A stretch of 64,000 nucleotides of DNA. Source: an uncultured bacterium (GTDB lineage: Bacteria; Desulfobacterota_D; UBA1144; Nemesobacterales; UBA2774). The notes beneath the pieces were generated by a model. That model saw only the letters and a program-made list of their open reading frames with translations, did no database searches and was not told the origin of the DNA. The stretch's first letter is position 1. The number at the start of each line of letters is the position of its first letter. Of the stretch, positions 1 through 9,594 are shown piece after piece. Where the stretch lies: assembly GCA_963825135.1 (NCBI GenBank), contig CAWGRW010000010.1, positions 160,026 to 224,025 on the forward strand, written 5' to 3'. The translations under genes and the position numbers were made by a program.

Positions 1-85
1 AATGTGCCTTCATATTCTTTTCGTGGCCGCTAATCGTCCGGGTCTCCCCGTTCTTCGCGGGCACTATCGTTTTCTTTTCGCTCAT
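1..85 (-). CDS. 5' end of a hypothetical protein running off the left edge (MSEKKTIVPAKNG...)
   Basis: Open frame from ATG at 85 to the window edge; not in ORF track. Confidence 0.35.
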   Translation of the reverse strand, partial: MSEKKTIVPAKNGETRTISGHEKNMKAH

Positions 86-484
86 ATGTATTGTCAGTTT
101 TCTCTTAACTATCGCCTTCATAAGGCCGTATCCTTTTAATCCGGATTAAAAGGGGAAATTCACCCAATTTAAGAGTATACCTTATTTATGCGTAATTATC
201 CCCTAAATTCGTTATAAATTATTAAATACGTGAAATCGCACACCTGCCGGGCTCTTTTCACGATCATACGGCCATATTTAGTGTTCGGTCAGATTCATTC
301 CCTATCCTCCTGCAATTATTGAGATGTGTCATATAAGCCACCGCGAATTCTCACGCTTTTCGGCCGCCTGCCGGACTTTCTAACGTAGATTTTGTCATAT
401 CGCACAATCCTCCCTCTTCCCGGCGCCCTGCCCTTATCGGCCGCCCCGGCCACCCCGGCCATCGCACCTGACCGCATTTGTCTA

Positions 485-830
485 CCCCGACATTACAGAA
501 TTTGCGGCGGGTGAGCACCCGCGGGCATATGATCTCAAGCATCTCCTCTCCTGTCATTTCGACCAACGGGAGAAATCTGTCTTCTCCTCTCCCGACATTA
601 CAGAATTTGCGTGAAGAAAATCGATTGTACGAGCGTTAAAAATCTTCCACGGGGTGGGGTTGAATTGGAAGATTTAGCGAGTACATGAGATTTTTAGCAT
701 AATTCTGTAGTCGGATGATTTTTGCTTCTTTGTATCCAGACAAAGAAGAAAATAATATTGTCTTAGCCTTTCACCTTTCTTTTGTCTTCCCGAAAGATCA
801 CACCGCGTGTGCCTTTTCCCTCCCTTTCGA
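485..830 (+). repeat. Composite repeat cluster 1 (long hairpin at 592-714)
   Basis: CCGACATTACAGAATTTGCG...AATTCTGTAGTCGG plus shared modules. Confidence 0.9.
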
Positions 831-851
831 AAAGCGCGGAGCGGCAGCGCA

Positions 852-1670
852 TCAAACGAAAATCCCCCTCTCCCTGTTCCTCCTCCTGATCTCGGCCAGG
901 ACCGGGTCGGTCTCGGGCTCACCAGCCTCACCAGCCCGCTCCTCTTCCCGCCCGCTCCGGAGCGACTCGATCAGCCGGCGGACCCGCCTCCTGTTCTCCT
1001 CCGACCACTCCTCCCATTCGGGCTTCTCGAACCGCGTCTCGCGCCTGGCCCTCTCCTCTTCCTCCCTCTCGCGGCACGCCCTCATCCGCCGCCAGTCGTA
1101 CGTCACCCCGTCCTTCGTGCCCGAGGCGCAGTAATCGTCGTTCCCCTCCATGCCGAAGCACGCCCTGAAGTACTCGTACATCGGGGAGAACCCCTCCTCC
1201 GAATCCCCGTACTCCCGCCGCCACCAGGCGAAGCTCTGCCTGTAGAATATGCTGTCTTTCCCACATATATCGGATATATATTTCTGCGAGTACCCGCATT
1301 TCGTCAGGTACGCAGTGCACCGCGCCCAGAAATTATCGAACGCGTTTGTGAGCCTCGCCCTCTCCTCCGCGCGCCTCAGTATGTAGTAGAGGTGCCTGAA
1401 CGCCTCGAGGAAGCGGTCGAGCGTCCTCTCGGACCTGAGCACCGGGAAAAACTCCCTCTCGCCGGGCTTTATGAAATCCGCGAAGGGGTCGATCCCCTCG
1501 TAGAGCGCGAAGAGATTTTTGAGCGCCGCCTCCGCCTCGCTTCCTCCCGCCCCCCGGCTGAGAACCCGGCCCGTGTCCTTTGGAAGCGCGCTTTCGAGAA
1601 AGTCCAGCGCCTCCCTGAGCAGCCTCTTCTGCCTCGGCGTAGTATCCCCGCCCGTATACGATTTCTTCAT
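852..1670 (-). CDS. Hypothetical phage-like protein (start could be 1994)
   Basis: Long ORF 852-2036 with GC3-rich codons from MKKSYT onward; the upstream extension is made of palindromic repeats. Confidence 0.65.
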   Translation of the reverse strand: MKKSYTGGDTTPRQKRLLREALDFLESALPKDTGRVLSRGAGGSEAEAALKNLFALYEGIDPFADFIKPGEREFFPVLRSERTLDRFLEAFRHLYYILRRAEERARLTNAFDNFWARCTAYLTKCGYSQKYISDICGKDSIFYRQSFAWWRREYGDSEEGFSPMYEYFRACFGMEGNDDYCASGTKDGVTYDWRRMRACREREEEERARRETRFEKPEWEEWSEENRRRVRRLIESLRSGREEERAGEAGEPETDPVLAEIRRRNRERGIFV

Positions 1671-1881
1671 TCCGCCGACTATCGCAGGAGCGGATTCCAG
1701 CCGCGATGATACATCGCTTCGCCCTGAACTTGTCGCTCGTCCCATAGTTTTATTCCCCTCTCCCCGGTCCAGAGGGAGAGGGTTCGGGTGAGGGGGTACC
1801 TTATTTTCACTTAAAAATTCTTCCTGATGCGCGTACCCCGCGCCGACCTCGGACTCCTTCCCCGCTCCGCAGCCCGGACCC

Positions 1882-3288
1882 TCAACCCCTCTTGCGGCTG
1901 ACCGCGCGGCTCCCGTCCGGAAGCGCCCGCCTTCGTGAGGCGCTCTCGATACCCCTGAGCTCCCCGTAAACTCTCTCGATCTTTTCGTTTGCATCTTGTC
2001 CCTCCCGCAATTTATCCGTGAAGCTGATCCGCACATCCGTCCCGCCGCGCTCCGCCGCCGCGGCCCCTCCCGGCCCGTCCCTCACGCCGCCCTGCCGCAT
2101 CTTCCGCAGGTGCCACTCGACCGACTGCGCCTGGCTCGCGAGGAGGCATATGTCGGGCGGTTTGTGAATCCACCCGAATACGCCCCCTTCCATCTGCGAG
2201 CCGAGCATGAACGCGGCCCCTTCGCCCGCGAGGTCGTAGATCTCCCCGGGCGGCATCTCCGGGTTCAGCTCGCGGAGCCTCCTGAAATAGGTCTCGGCCG
2301 ATTTGTACTCCCGGCCGCCCGTGAGCGCCGGCTGCCCCGCCGCGCTTTCGTAAAGCCCCCTGAAAACCTCGTTATACCACCTCGAATGCGAGTACCCGCC
2401 GGCCCCTCTCTTACTGTCATTGCGAGGGAGCGCTTTCGACGCGACCGCGGCAATCTCTTGCGAAGAATCCGCACTCACACTCGATCTCCTCGTGTCATCA
2501 CTACCCTCAATCATTTCCTCACCCTCCCCCGTAATGGGACCACGGGGGCCCCGCCCCGCCCGCGCAAGGTGGATTTGACCGGCCTTACCTTCCTTGATCA
2601 CGGCATCGCCTTCGCGAGCCTGATTGCGGTCATTGCGCGGAGCCTCCTGATAAGGCCCCCCGGTCTCCCGTATAAAGCCGTAATTCATTCCCCCCGCGCC
2701 TCTCCTTATTCCCCTCCCGTCCGCTTCTCCCTCATTCACGTTCGCTGAAAAATCCGCGCCCCCCGGCAAGCCCGCGTTCTTTGCGGGCGTGTTCTCACTC
2801 TCGTCTCCGTATATAAACTCTTCTCTTGTATTGGGGGGGACGGATTGTACACCCACGTAGGGGACATTTTCTTCCCCCACAGTGGGGGACATTTTTTTCA
2901 TCATCGTCCTCAGCTTTCTCACCAGAGGGTCTACGCTGAATACGACTCCCCTGGTTCTGCCGTTCCCGTGAAGGCTCACCTTCCGCCTGAGGAGCCCCTT
3001 CTTCTCGAGCGAGGTCAGGAGCCTTCTTACCGACCTCTCGTTCATCCCGCTCACCTCGGTCAGGTGCTTGTACGGGTTCATCGTCCCGCTGAACGAGTAA
3101 TAGTCCACATAGTCGAGCAATATGGTATATTCGTTATTGGTGATGCCGAGCTCGGCGCGCCTGAGCCTGAGCGCCCTCGGCACGCGCATGAACCCCTTCT
3201 CCGTAATCAGACTCTCCCAGTTCTCCCCGCTCATCTCAGTCTCAGTCTCCGTCTCAGTTTCAGTCCCGTCGGCATTAGCACTCGTCAT
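1882..3288 (-). CDS. Phage/plasmid replication initiator-like protein with N-terminal winged HTH (DnaD/HTH_36-like)
   Basis: GF.RVPR.L....ELGITNNEYTILL...HLTEVSGMNERSVRRLLTSLEKKGLLRR, then a low-complexity linker. Confidence 0.65.
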   Translation of the reverse strand: MTSANADGTETETETETEMSGENWESLITEKGFMRVPRALRLRRAELGITNNEYTILLDYVDYYSFSGTMNPYKHLTEVSGMNERSVRRLLTSLEKKGLLRRKVSLHGNGRTRGVVFSVDPLVRKLRTMMKKMSPTVGEENVPYVGVQSVPPNTREEFIYGDESENTPAKNAGLPGGADFSANVNEGEADGRGIRRGAGGMNYGFIRETGGPYQEAPRNDRNQAREGDAVIKEGKAGQIHLARAGRGPRGPITGEGEEMIEGSDDTRRSSVSADSSQEIAAVASKALPRNDSKRGAGGYSHSRWYNEVFRGLYESAAGQPALTGGREYKSAETYFRRLRELNPEMPPGEIYDLAGEGAAFMLGSQMEGGVFGWIHKPPDICLLASQAQSVEWHLRKMRQGGVRDGPGGAAAAERGGTDVRISFTDKLREGQDANEKIERVYGELRGIESASRRRALPDGSRAVSRKRG

Positions 3289-3747
3289 CCGCTGCGATTC
3301 CTTCCGGCCTCTTCCGCCCAAACCGGCAGCCAAACCCGTTCGTCCTTAACCCGCCTGCCCTGAGCCCGTCGAAGGGTCGAAGGATTGAACGGGTCATACT
3401 CCCGTATGTACGCGATAACTTTCCGCCCTCTCAACAGCTCCCCCATCCTCTCCCGCCCCCTTCCCTATATATATAAGAGGTCCCGGCGCCCCGGCCCGGC
3501 CAGGGGACTGGCAGCCGGAGCATCTCCGGGACCGTCTCTGTAGGAGTGCAGCCCCGGCTTTCCCTTCGCACAAGAAGGAAGGATTGCAAGCGAGCACGCA
3601 ATCGGCCGCTCTTGACTACATGCAAGCCCATTATTCACCGCGCGTCAGTCACGTATACGGCTGAGCGCAAGCAAGCCCGTTATTCATCGCGCAAGAGTCC
3701 CTAATATAGAATTGCGGGAAAGCCGGAGCGGTTGGCCTCAGCCCGGC

Positions 3748-4017
3748 TCACCTCTTCGTGAACTCGAGCAAATTATTATTGCGCCCGGCCCCGGGCTCGA
3801 CCGACTCCTCTATCGCGCGCTCGTACACGCGCTTTAGCTCCCCGATCTCCACGTCGACCGCCCTGCAGTCGTACCCCGCCTCGGTCTCCATGCACGCCGT
3901 GACCGTCACGTTCCGCGCCTCGTCCCTCTCGAACGCCCTCCCCAGGTGCCACGTCATGTACAGGAACCCGAACCCGAGAACCGCGTAACTCATGTACCTA
4001 AGAACCGAATACTTCAT
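3748..4017 (-). CDS. Small membrane-anchored hypothetical protein
   Basis: GGAGG RBS, N-terminal TM segment. Confidence 0.7.
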   Translation of the reverse strand: MKYSVLRYMSYAVLGFGFLYMTWHLGRAFERDEARNVTVTACMETEAGYDCRAVDVEIGELKRVYERAIEESVEPGAGRNNNLLEFTKR

Positions 4018-4052
4018 GACCGCCTCCCATTAATTTATTTGTCATTTCGAAC

Positions 4053-4139
4053 AACGGTTCTGAACGTGTGCAAGAACCGGACACCGATCACTGATTCCAA
4101 ATAAATCCATTAGTCCTTGTATCTCATCAGCACAAACCA
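4053..4139 (+). mobile_element. AAC-hairpin-GGWC element in a GTCATTTCGA..GAGAAATCT host
   Basis: AAC GGTTCT gaacgtgtgca AGAACC GGAC...CCA. Confidence 0.7.
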
Positions 4140-4209
4140 AAACGTGAGAAATCTTTTTTTTTCTTCTTTTTTAATCTGTCATTGCGAGCAACGCGAAGCA
4201 ATCTCGCCT

Positions 4210-4932
4210 TCATCCTTTAATTCCCTCCTTAGAAAAAGGAGGGCTAGGGAGGATTTTCTTATCTATTTTTAAATCCCCCTCATCATCCCCCCCCTTGTCC
4301 AGCACCGCCCAGAACCCGCCGTCCTTTAGCCCGGCCACCACGTCCGGATGAGTCTCCTTCATCCTGAGCGTCTCTATCAGCTCCACAGGGTTGAGCCCGT
4401 CCGCCGCGACGTACCCCGAAAACGTCTGCCCCCTCTTTTTGAGCTCCTTCTCGAACCTGAGAAGGTTCAGGTACCCGTACTTCCTCAAAGCCTCTTCCAC
4501 GGGCCTGCTCTTCGCCCCCTCCACGTAAATCACCATCTTCGTCGATGCCGGGCTCACCCCGTGCGAAGCCGCGAAATTCTCTATGCTCCCCCACTCCCCG
4601 ATTATCTGCTGCGTCGTTATGTGCTCTATCCGTCCCATCAGTTGAATTCTCTCCTCTCCGTCGTTAGCAACTCCGACCGATTCCTTGCTCGCTCGGAATC
4701 GTTGCTCTATCCGTCCCATCAATCCCATTCTCTCCTCTGTTTCATTAGCAATGGCGTCCGGTTCGTTTTGTTTTCTGCCGCCGCTGAGCCAGACATTTGC
4801 ATTGATGTACCCAGCGTGGGGCGTCCGGCTGTTCGCCCGCTCACAACCGTTGCTCGCTCGCAACCGTTGCTCTATCCGTCCCATCAGACTCCATTGACTC
4901 CTTATTAATTCCGTCATCATAATTTCCGTCAT
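4210..4932 (-). CDS. Cro/Ner-like DNA-binding protein, divergent from CI; start uncertain
   Basis: Two tandem HTH-like units (QIIGEWGSIENFAASHGVS / ELKKRGQTFSGYVAADGLN); N-terminal LMGRIE repeats. Confidence 0.5.
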   Translation of the reverse strand: MTEIMMTELIRSQWSLMGRIEQRLRASNGCERANSRTPHAGYINANVWLSGGRKQNEPDAIANETEERMGLMGRIEQRFRASKESVGVANDGEERIQLMGRIEHITTQQIIGEWGSIENFAASHGVSPASTKMVIYVEGAKSRPVEEALRKYGYLNLLRFEKELKKRGQTFSGYVAADGLNPVELIETLRMKETHPDVVAGLKDGGFWAVLDKGGDDEGDLKIDKKILPSPPFSKEGIKG

Positions 4933-5165
4933 CTTTCCTAAATTGTAGGAGCGGCATCTTGCCGCTTCTTTTAATTCCCTCCTTTCGTAAAGGAGGGTCA
5001 GGGTCTATTTCCCTTTCCTTCTTTTAACCATCATCCTGAGCCTGTCGAAGGATGTCATCTCTCCCTTTCACTCCCATTCCCCGCCTCATCTCCCCTCATC
5101 TTCATTCCCGCCCTTTTATCATCCATTTCAACCGTTCTCCCAATTTCGCGACCATTCCACTTGCA

Positions 5166-5269
5166 ATTCACAGTATTGTGTATTAATATTGCTATTGTCA
5201 TATTGTCTATGTATATTATATTCACAGAACTGTGAATCTGTCAATAGGAAAATTCACAGAATTGTGAAA
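5166..5269. promoter_or_regulatory. Three palindromic operators ATTCACAG-NN-(C/T)TGTG(A/T)A at 5166-5183, 5220-5237 and 5252-5269
   Basis: Directly visible 18-bp palindromes between the divergent HTH genes. Confidence 0.75.
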
Positions 5270-5281
5270 TAGGGGGTAAAA

Positions 5282-5926
5282 GTGGATCACAATAACGAAA
5301 TCGGGCAGAGGCTCAAACTCGTAAGAGAGGCGCTCGACTTGACGCAGGAGGAATTCGGCAAGGGCATAGGCAAATCCCTCAACACCATCCTCAGCTGGGA
5401 GTCCGGCCGCACGCGCCCGCCCGACCATTTCCTGAAGGTCATAGAGAAGATATACGGCATAAGCCCGAAGTGGCTACGCCGCGGCCAGGGGGATATGTTC
5501 CTCCCTGATATATCGTCTGTCTTCGGCGGGGACAGCCTCGTCGAGATCAAGATATGGGAGCTGGCCGGCGCGGGGAACCCGCTCGCGTCTCCCGACGCCG
5601 AGCCTATAGAGCGCGTCACGCTGCCGTCGAAGCTGGTGCGGAACTACACGAACGGGTTCAGGGTCGAGGGGGACAGCATGTACCCCACCATCGTCAACGG
5701 CGCTTACGTGGGCTTTGACCCGAACGACAAGAAGATCGTGAGTAACGGGATATACTGCCTCCATCTGCCGTACGAGGGCTACGTCGTCAAGCGCGTCGAG
5801 ATCAAGCCCAACGAGATCATCATCAAGAGCGATAACCAGATGGTCGACGACTACTCCGTCCCTCTCGACGAGCTCGACCGGAACCTCATCGTCGGCCGCG
5901 TGAGATGGGTGTTCCAGAATGTGTAA
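5282..5926 (+). CDS. Phage CI-like repressor (HTH_3 + S24 autopeptidase)
   Basis: LTQEEFGKGIGKSLNTILSWESG HTH; AG cleavage site; VEGDSMYP Ser motif; VVKR Lys. Confidence 0.9.
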   Translation: MDHNNEIGQRLKLVREALDLTQEEFGKGIGKSLNTILSWESGRTRPPDHFLKVIEKIYGISPKWLRRGQGDMFLPDISSVFGGDSLVEIKIWELAGAGNPLASPDAEPIERVTLPSKLVRNYTNGFRVEGDSMYPTIVNGAYVGFDPNDKKIVSNGIYCLHLPYEGYVVKRVEIKPNEIIIKSDNQMVDDYSVPLDELDRNLIVGRVRWVFQNV

Positions 5927-6026
5927 TGGGGGGGGAAAATCCTAAAATTACCGCAAGATAATGAGCATAATAGCAAATTTCCCCCTTTAAATGCTTCTGT
6001 AATTTTGTTAGAATATATATAAGAAC

Positions 6027-6776
6027 ATGAGTGAGCTAAGCAAGATTGAATGGACAGATGCAACGTGGAATCCTGTAAGGGGCTGCAATAAAATAAGCCC
6101 CGGATGTAAATTCTGCTATGCAGAGGTTTTTGCGGAAAGATTTCGCGGCGTTCCCGGACATCCATACGAACAAGGTTTCGACCTAAGATTAGTTCCTGAA
6201 AGATTGGAAGAACCTCTAAAGTGGAAAAAACCGAGAATGATATTTGTAAACTCGATGAGTGACCTCTTTCATGAAAGAGTACCGAAGCAATATGTAAAAG
6301 AAGTATTCAAAGTTATGACAAAAGCTCATTGGCATACATTTCAAGTTCTCACAAAGAGATCTGAGCGCCTGTTGGAAATAAGTTTTGAGCTTGAGTGGCC
6401 TAGCAATGTATGGATGGGAGTAAGCATTGAATCCAGTAAATACACGTATAGATCAGATGATTTATCTAAAGTTCCAGCGGCAGTTCGTTTTCTAAGTGTT
6501 GAGCCTCTGTTAGAGATGATTCCCAACCTCCCCCTTAACAATATTAATTGGGTTATAGTTGGCGGTGAATCCGGACGTAATGCAAGACATATGAGTTTAG
6601 AATGGGCACAATCGATAAAGAATCAATGTGAAAAAGCGGGCGTAGCTTTCTTTCTAAAACAATTAGGAGGAAGAATAAACAAAAGAGGAGGCGACTTGGC
6701 ACTCCTCGACGGTAGAACGTGGCGTGAATATCCAACCAGCAATCTTGATTCACGCAAGTTAGCTGTAGGAATTTAA
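6027..6776 (+). CDS. DUF5131 / phage Gp37Gp68 family protein
   Basis: SKIEWTDATWNPVRGCNKISPGCKFCYAE three-Cys motif, FVNSMSDLFH, WVIVGGESG. Confidence 0.92.
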   Translation: MSELSKIEWTDATWNPVRGCNKISPGCKFCYAEVFAERFRGVPGHPYEQGFDLRLVPERLEEPLKWKKPRMIFVNSMSDLFHERVPKQYVKEVFKVMTKAHWHTFQVLTKRSERLLEISFELEWPSNVWMGVSIESSKYTYRSDDLSKVPAAVRFLSVEPLLEMIPNLPLNNINWVIVGGESGRNARHMSLEWAQSIKNQCEKAGVAFFLKQLGGRINKRGGDLALLDGRTWREYPTSNLDSRKLAVGI

Positions 6777-6802
6777 CTTTCTCTATTTATTCACAATAGA
6801 CA

Positions 6803-7910
6803 ATGTCCCCGCCTAAAGATACAGTCTGGAAACTAGAACCACCATACATAAGGCAAACATCTTGTATTGAGAGTCCTACCTTGATGCGTGGATTCCGATA
6901 TTGAGCTACGTGGAATCAACGTATTTTATTTATAGATGGGTTTGCTGGTCCTGGAGAATATGAAAATGGAGAAGATGGTTCTCCGGTGATAGCTTTGAAA
7001 GCACTAATTCATCATAGATCAAAGATTTCATCAGAAATAGTTTTTCTTTTTATTGAGCAAGACAAAAAGAGAACTGAGTATTTAGACGATGTGCGGCAAA
7101 GTCCACTCCTAACCTCCCCCAAATGCGAAAATACAAGTTATCCACGGCAAATTCGATGATACAATGGAACAAGTTTTAGATCAGATAGAAGAACAAAGAA
7201 AGTTACTGGCACCTTGTTTTGTAATGATTGATCCCTTCGGTATAAGTGAAACGCCTATGAGTATCATAAACCGAATAATGATGAACCCAGCATCAGAAGT
7301 TTATGTGACCATTATGTACGAATATATTAATCGATTCAAAGAAAGACCAGAATTTGAAAAGCACTTAGATGAGTTATTTGGATGTGGCGATTGGAGGGAC
7401 GGGATAGATATTCAAGATTAGGAAGAAAGAAAGGATTTTTTTTTCAATTTGTATAAGAAACAACTCAAGCTAGCCGGTTGTAAATATGTTGTGAGCTATG
7501 ATCTTTATAGAGGAAGACGTCATATATATTCAATTTTTTTTGGCACTCAACATTTAAAAGGCTGTAATGTAATGAAATATGCTATTTGGAGAATAGCACC
7601 AAAAGGCGATTTCCGGTTTCAAGGAACTCAATCAAAGCAATTAACACTTAAAATAGACAAGCCCGATTTTAAACCTCTCAAGAAAGCTCTACAAGATGAA
7701 TTCATTGGCAAAGATTGGGTTACGATCGAAGAAGTATTGGATTTCGTGATGTCAGATAAAACCGACTACCATTCCGGTCAAGTTAAAAAAAATGTATTAA
7801 AAGAAATGGAGAAAAATGGAGAAATTGAAGGAAATGGAAATGCAAAAAGGAGAAAAGGGACCTATCCCGATGGAACACGGCTCAGATTCGTAAAAAAAAT
7901 GAATATCTAG
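6803..7910 (+). pseudogene. tcmP: Three-Cys-motif partner protein TcmP (GMT-like), fragmented
   Basis: Stitched reading ...KHLVL..YLDAWIPIL..ILFIDGFAGPGEY...IDPFG...HLKGCNVMKYAIW; several frameshifts at 6840-7130 and TAG at 7419. Confidence 0.8.
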
Positions 7911-7923
7911 GGGGATATTATGG

Positions 7924-8868
7924 ATGAGTAATCAAATTCTTGAAAAATACGATGTAGCAATCTCTTACCTTTCCAGAGATGAAGAATTGGCCTATGCAAT
8001 CTACACTGAGTTGGGTGAAATTTTTAAAACATTCGTATATACACAACACCAACAAGAACTCGCAGGTGGAAATGGAGTTGAGCTATTACGAAGTATATTT
8101 ATAGAAAGAACGAATTTAATTGTGATTTTGTATAGGGAGGGTTGGGGGAAGAGCGACTGGACAAAAACAGAAGAGCTGTTTATCCAAGAATTTGGCTTGG
8201 AAAATCATTGGGAAGGAATATTGCTTGTGAATCTCGATGAAAGCGAAAAACCCAAATGGTTTGCACGCCCTTTATTTTCTTTGGATTTACCAAAATACGG
8301 ATTTCAGGAATTAATCGGTGTAATCAAATCGCGAGCTCAGAAAAGAGGGAGTGAAATAAAATCCGTTACTGTTGTTGAGCAAGCCAAGATCCTACAAATT
8401 AAACGAGAAATAGCTAATAAAAGAAGAGCCTTTTTACATTCCACGGAAGGTGTAAATGAAGCTATGAACGAAGTCAATGATTTGTTTGAAGAAATCGAAA
8501 GGATTTGTGTAAAAATAAATTCGACTCCCGTGAAATTCGAATACAGAAAGAAAAATGACTTTACCTACTATTTAAAAGCATTCAGACATGACGATAAACT
8601 CGGTTCTTTAGGGTTTGAGGTTATTGTTCAATGGGTGCCTCAGTTCAGTAACACATTGGACAAATCAAAACTATATGTCTCAAAGATAGACTTGGGAAGA
8701 GTTATTTATAGAGAAGAACCAGGAAGAATTGGAGATTTGTTATTTGATTTTGATGTAACACCTCTTATGGAAAATTGCTGGAGGGATAATCAAAGCAATA
8801 AACCATACACATCAGCAAAGCTCGCAGATGAGATTGTCAAAATGATTATTAATTTTAAATCATCATGA
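7924..8868 (+). CDS. TIR-domain protein
   Basis: KYDVAISY...LIVILYREGWGKSDWTKTEE with the catalytic-type Glu; AT-rich. Confidence 0.8.
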   Translation: MSNQILEKYDVAISYLSRDEELAYAIYTELGEIFKTFVYTQHQQELAGGNGVELLRSIFIERTNLIVILYREGWGKSDWTKTEELFIQEFGLENHWEGILLVNLDESEKPKWFARPLFSLDLPKYGFQELIGVIKSRAQKRGSEIKSVTVVEQAKILQIKREIANKRRAFLHSTEGVNEAMNEVNDLFEEIERICVKINSTPVKFEYRKKNDFTYYLKAFRHDDKLGSLGFEVIVQWVPQFSNTLDKSKLYVSKIDLGRVIYREEPGRIGDLLFDFDVTPLMENCWRDNQSNKPYTSAKLADEIVKMIINFKSS

Positions 8869-9209
8869 ATCAGTCACCCTGAACTAGTTTCAGGGTCTCG
8901 TTTTTACTAGTTCACTGTCCCCAAAACCGTACGAACAAAAATCAAAAGGATATGAAAACTTGAAGTCACAAATCGTGATTTCGAGATCATGATACAATAC
9001 AAGATCCTGAATCGAGTTCAGGATGACAAAAAATTGGAGGTCACAAATTGTGTCCTCCAATCATCTAACTGCCTGATATATATCTCCCGAAATCCCGCGC
9101 CGAATCATAGCGATTACTCGCTAATGGCGAAATTCCGCCATGTGAGATTTTGCGGCTGCGTTCTTCCTAACCCTCCGTCATCACTAATATTTATCGCATC
9201 CATGCAATC

Positions 9210-9225
9210 TGGCACAAGGCTTGCA
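9210..9225 (+). promoter_or_regulatory. Sigma54 (-24/-12) promoter TGGCACAAGGCTTGCA
   Basis: Exact TGGCAC-N5-TTGCA consensus ~40 nt upstream of the 9265 ATG; palindrome ATGGCG-N6-CGCCAT at 9124-9141 may be an enhancer site. Confidence 0.8.
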
Positions 9226-9264
9226 CCCTTATATCTTAAAATACGTTACAAGGAGATTAGCAAC

Positions 9265-9531
9265 ATGAAGAAGTTAATAGCAGCAGCGGTTTTAGGTTTA
9301 TCGTTCGGCGTTTCATCTCTTTCGTTCGCTTCGGATTATATGGACCTTTATACCAGCGGTCCGGCGGCGCACGAGGCGGCAAGCGGATCGAACGGCGGTG
9401 CGGTGGAGACAAGCCCGATGAGCTTCTATCTGAGCCCGGTTAAGGTAAGCGCAAACAGCGAAACCGTAAAAATAACCGAGAAGACGGAAAGCGGCGAGTA
9501 TACTCTATCGGTATTCGGCGTCAGGATTTAA
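9265..9531 (+). CDS. Small secreted protein
   Basis: AGGAG RBS, signal peptide MKKLIAAAVLGLSFGVSSLSFA. Confidence 0.8.
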   Translation: MKKLIAAAVLGLSFGVSSLSFASDYMDLYTSGPAAHEAASGSNGGAVETSPMSFYLSPVKVSANSETVKITEKTESGEYTLSVFGVRI

Positions 9532-9594
9532 GCGGCCTGCCCCGATTGTTAATACACGTTTAACGAATATTCTATCGTCAAAGGAGACACTATC

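Noticed and set aside
1683..1800. In-frame palindrome insertions in ORF 852-2036
   Set aside because: The gene more likely starts at 1670, which leaves these repeats intergenic
8989..9264. N-terminal extension of ORF 8989-9531
   Set aside because: It overlaps palindromic repeats and the sigma54 promoter; RBS and signal peptide support a start at 9265
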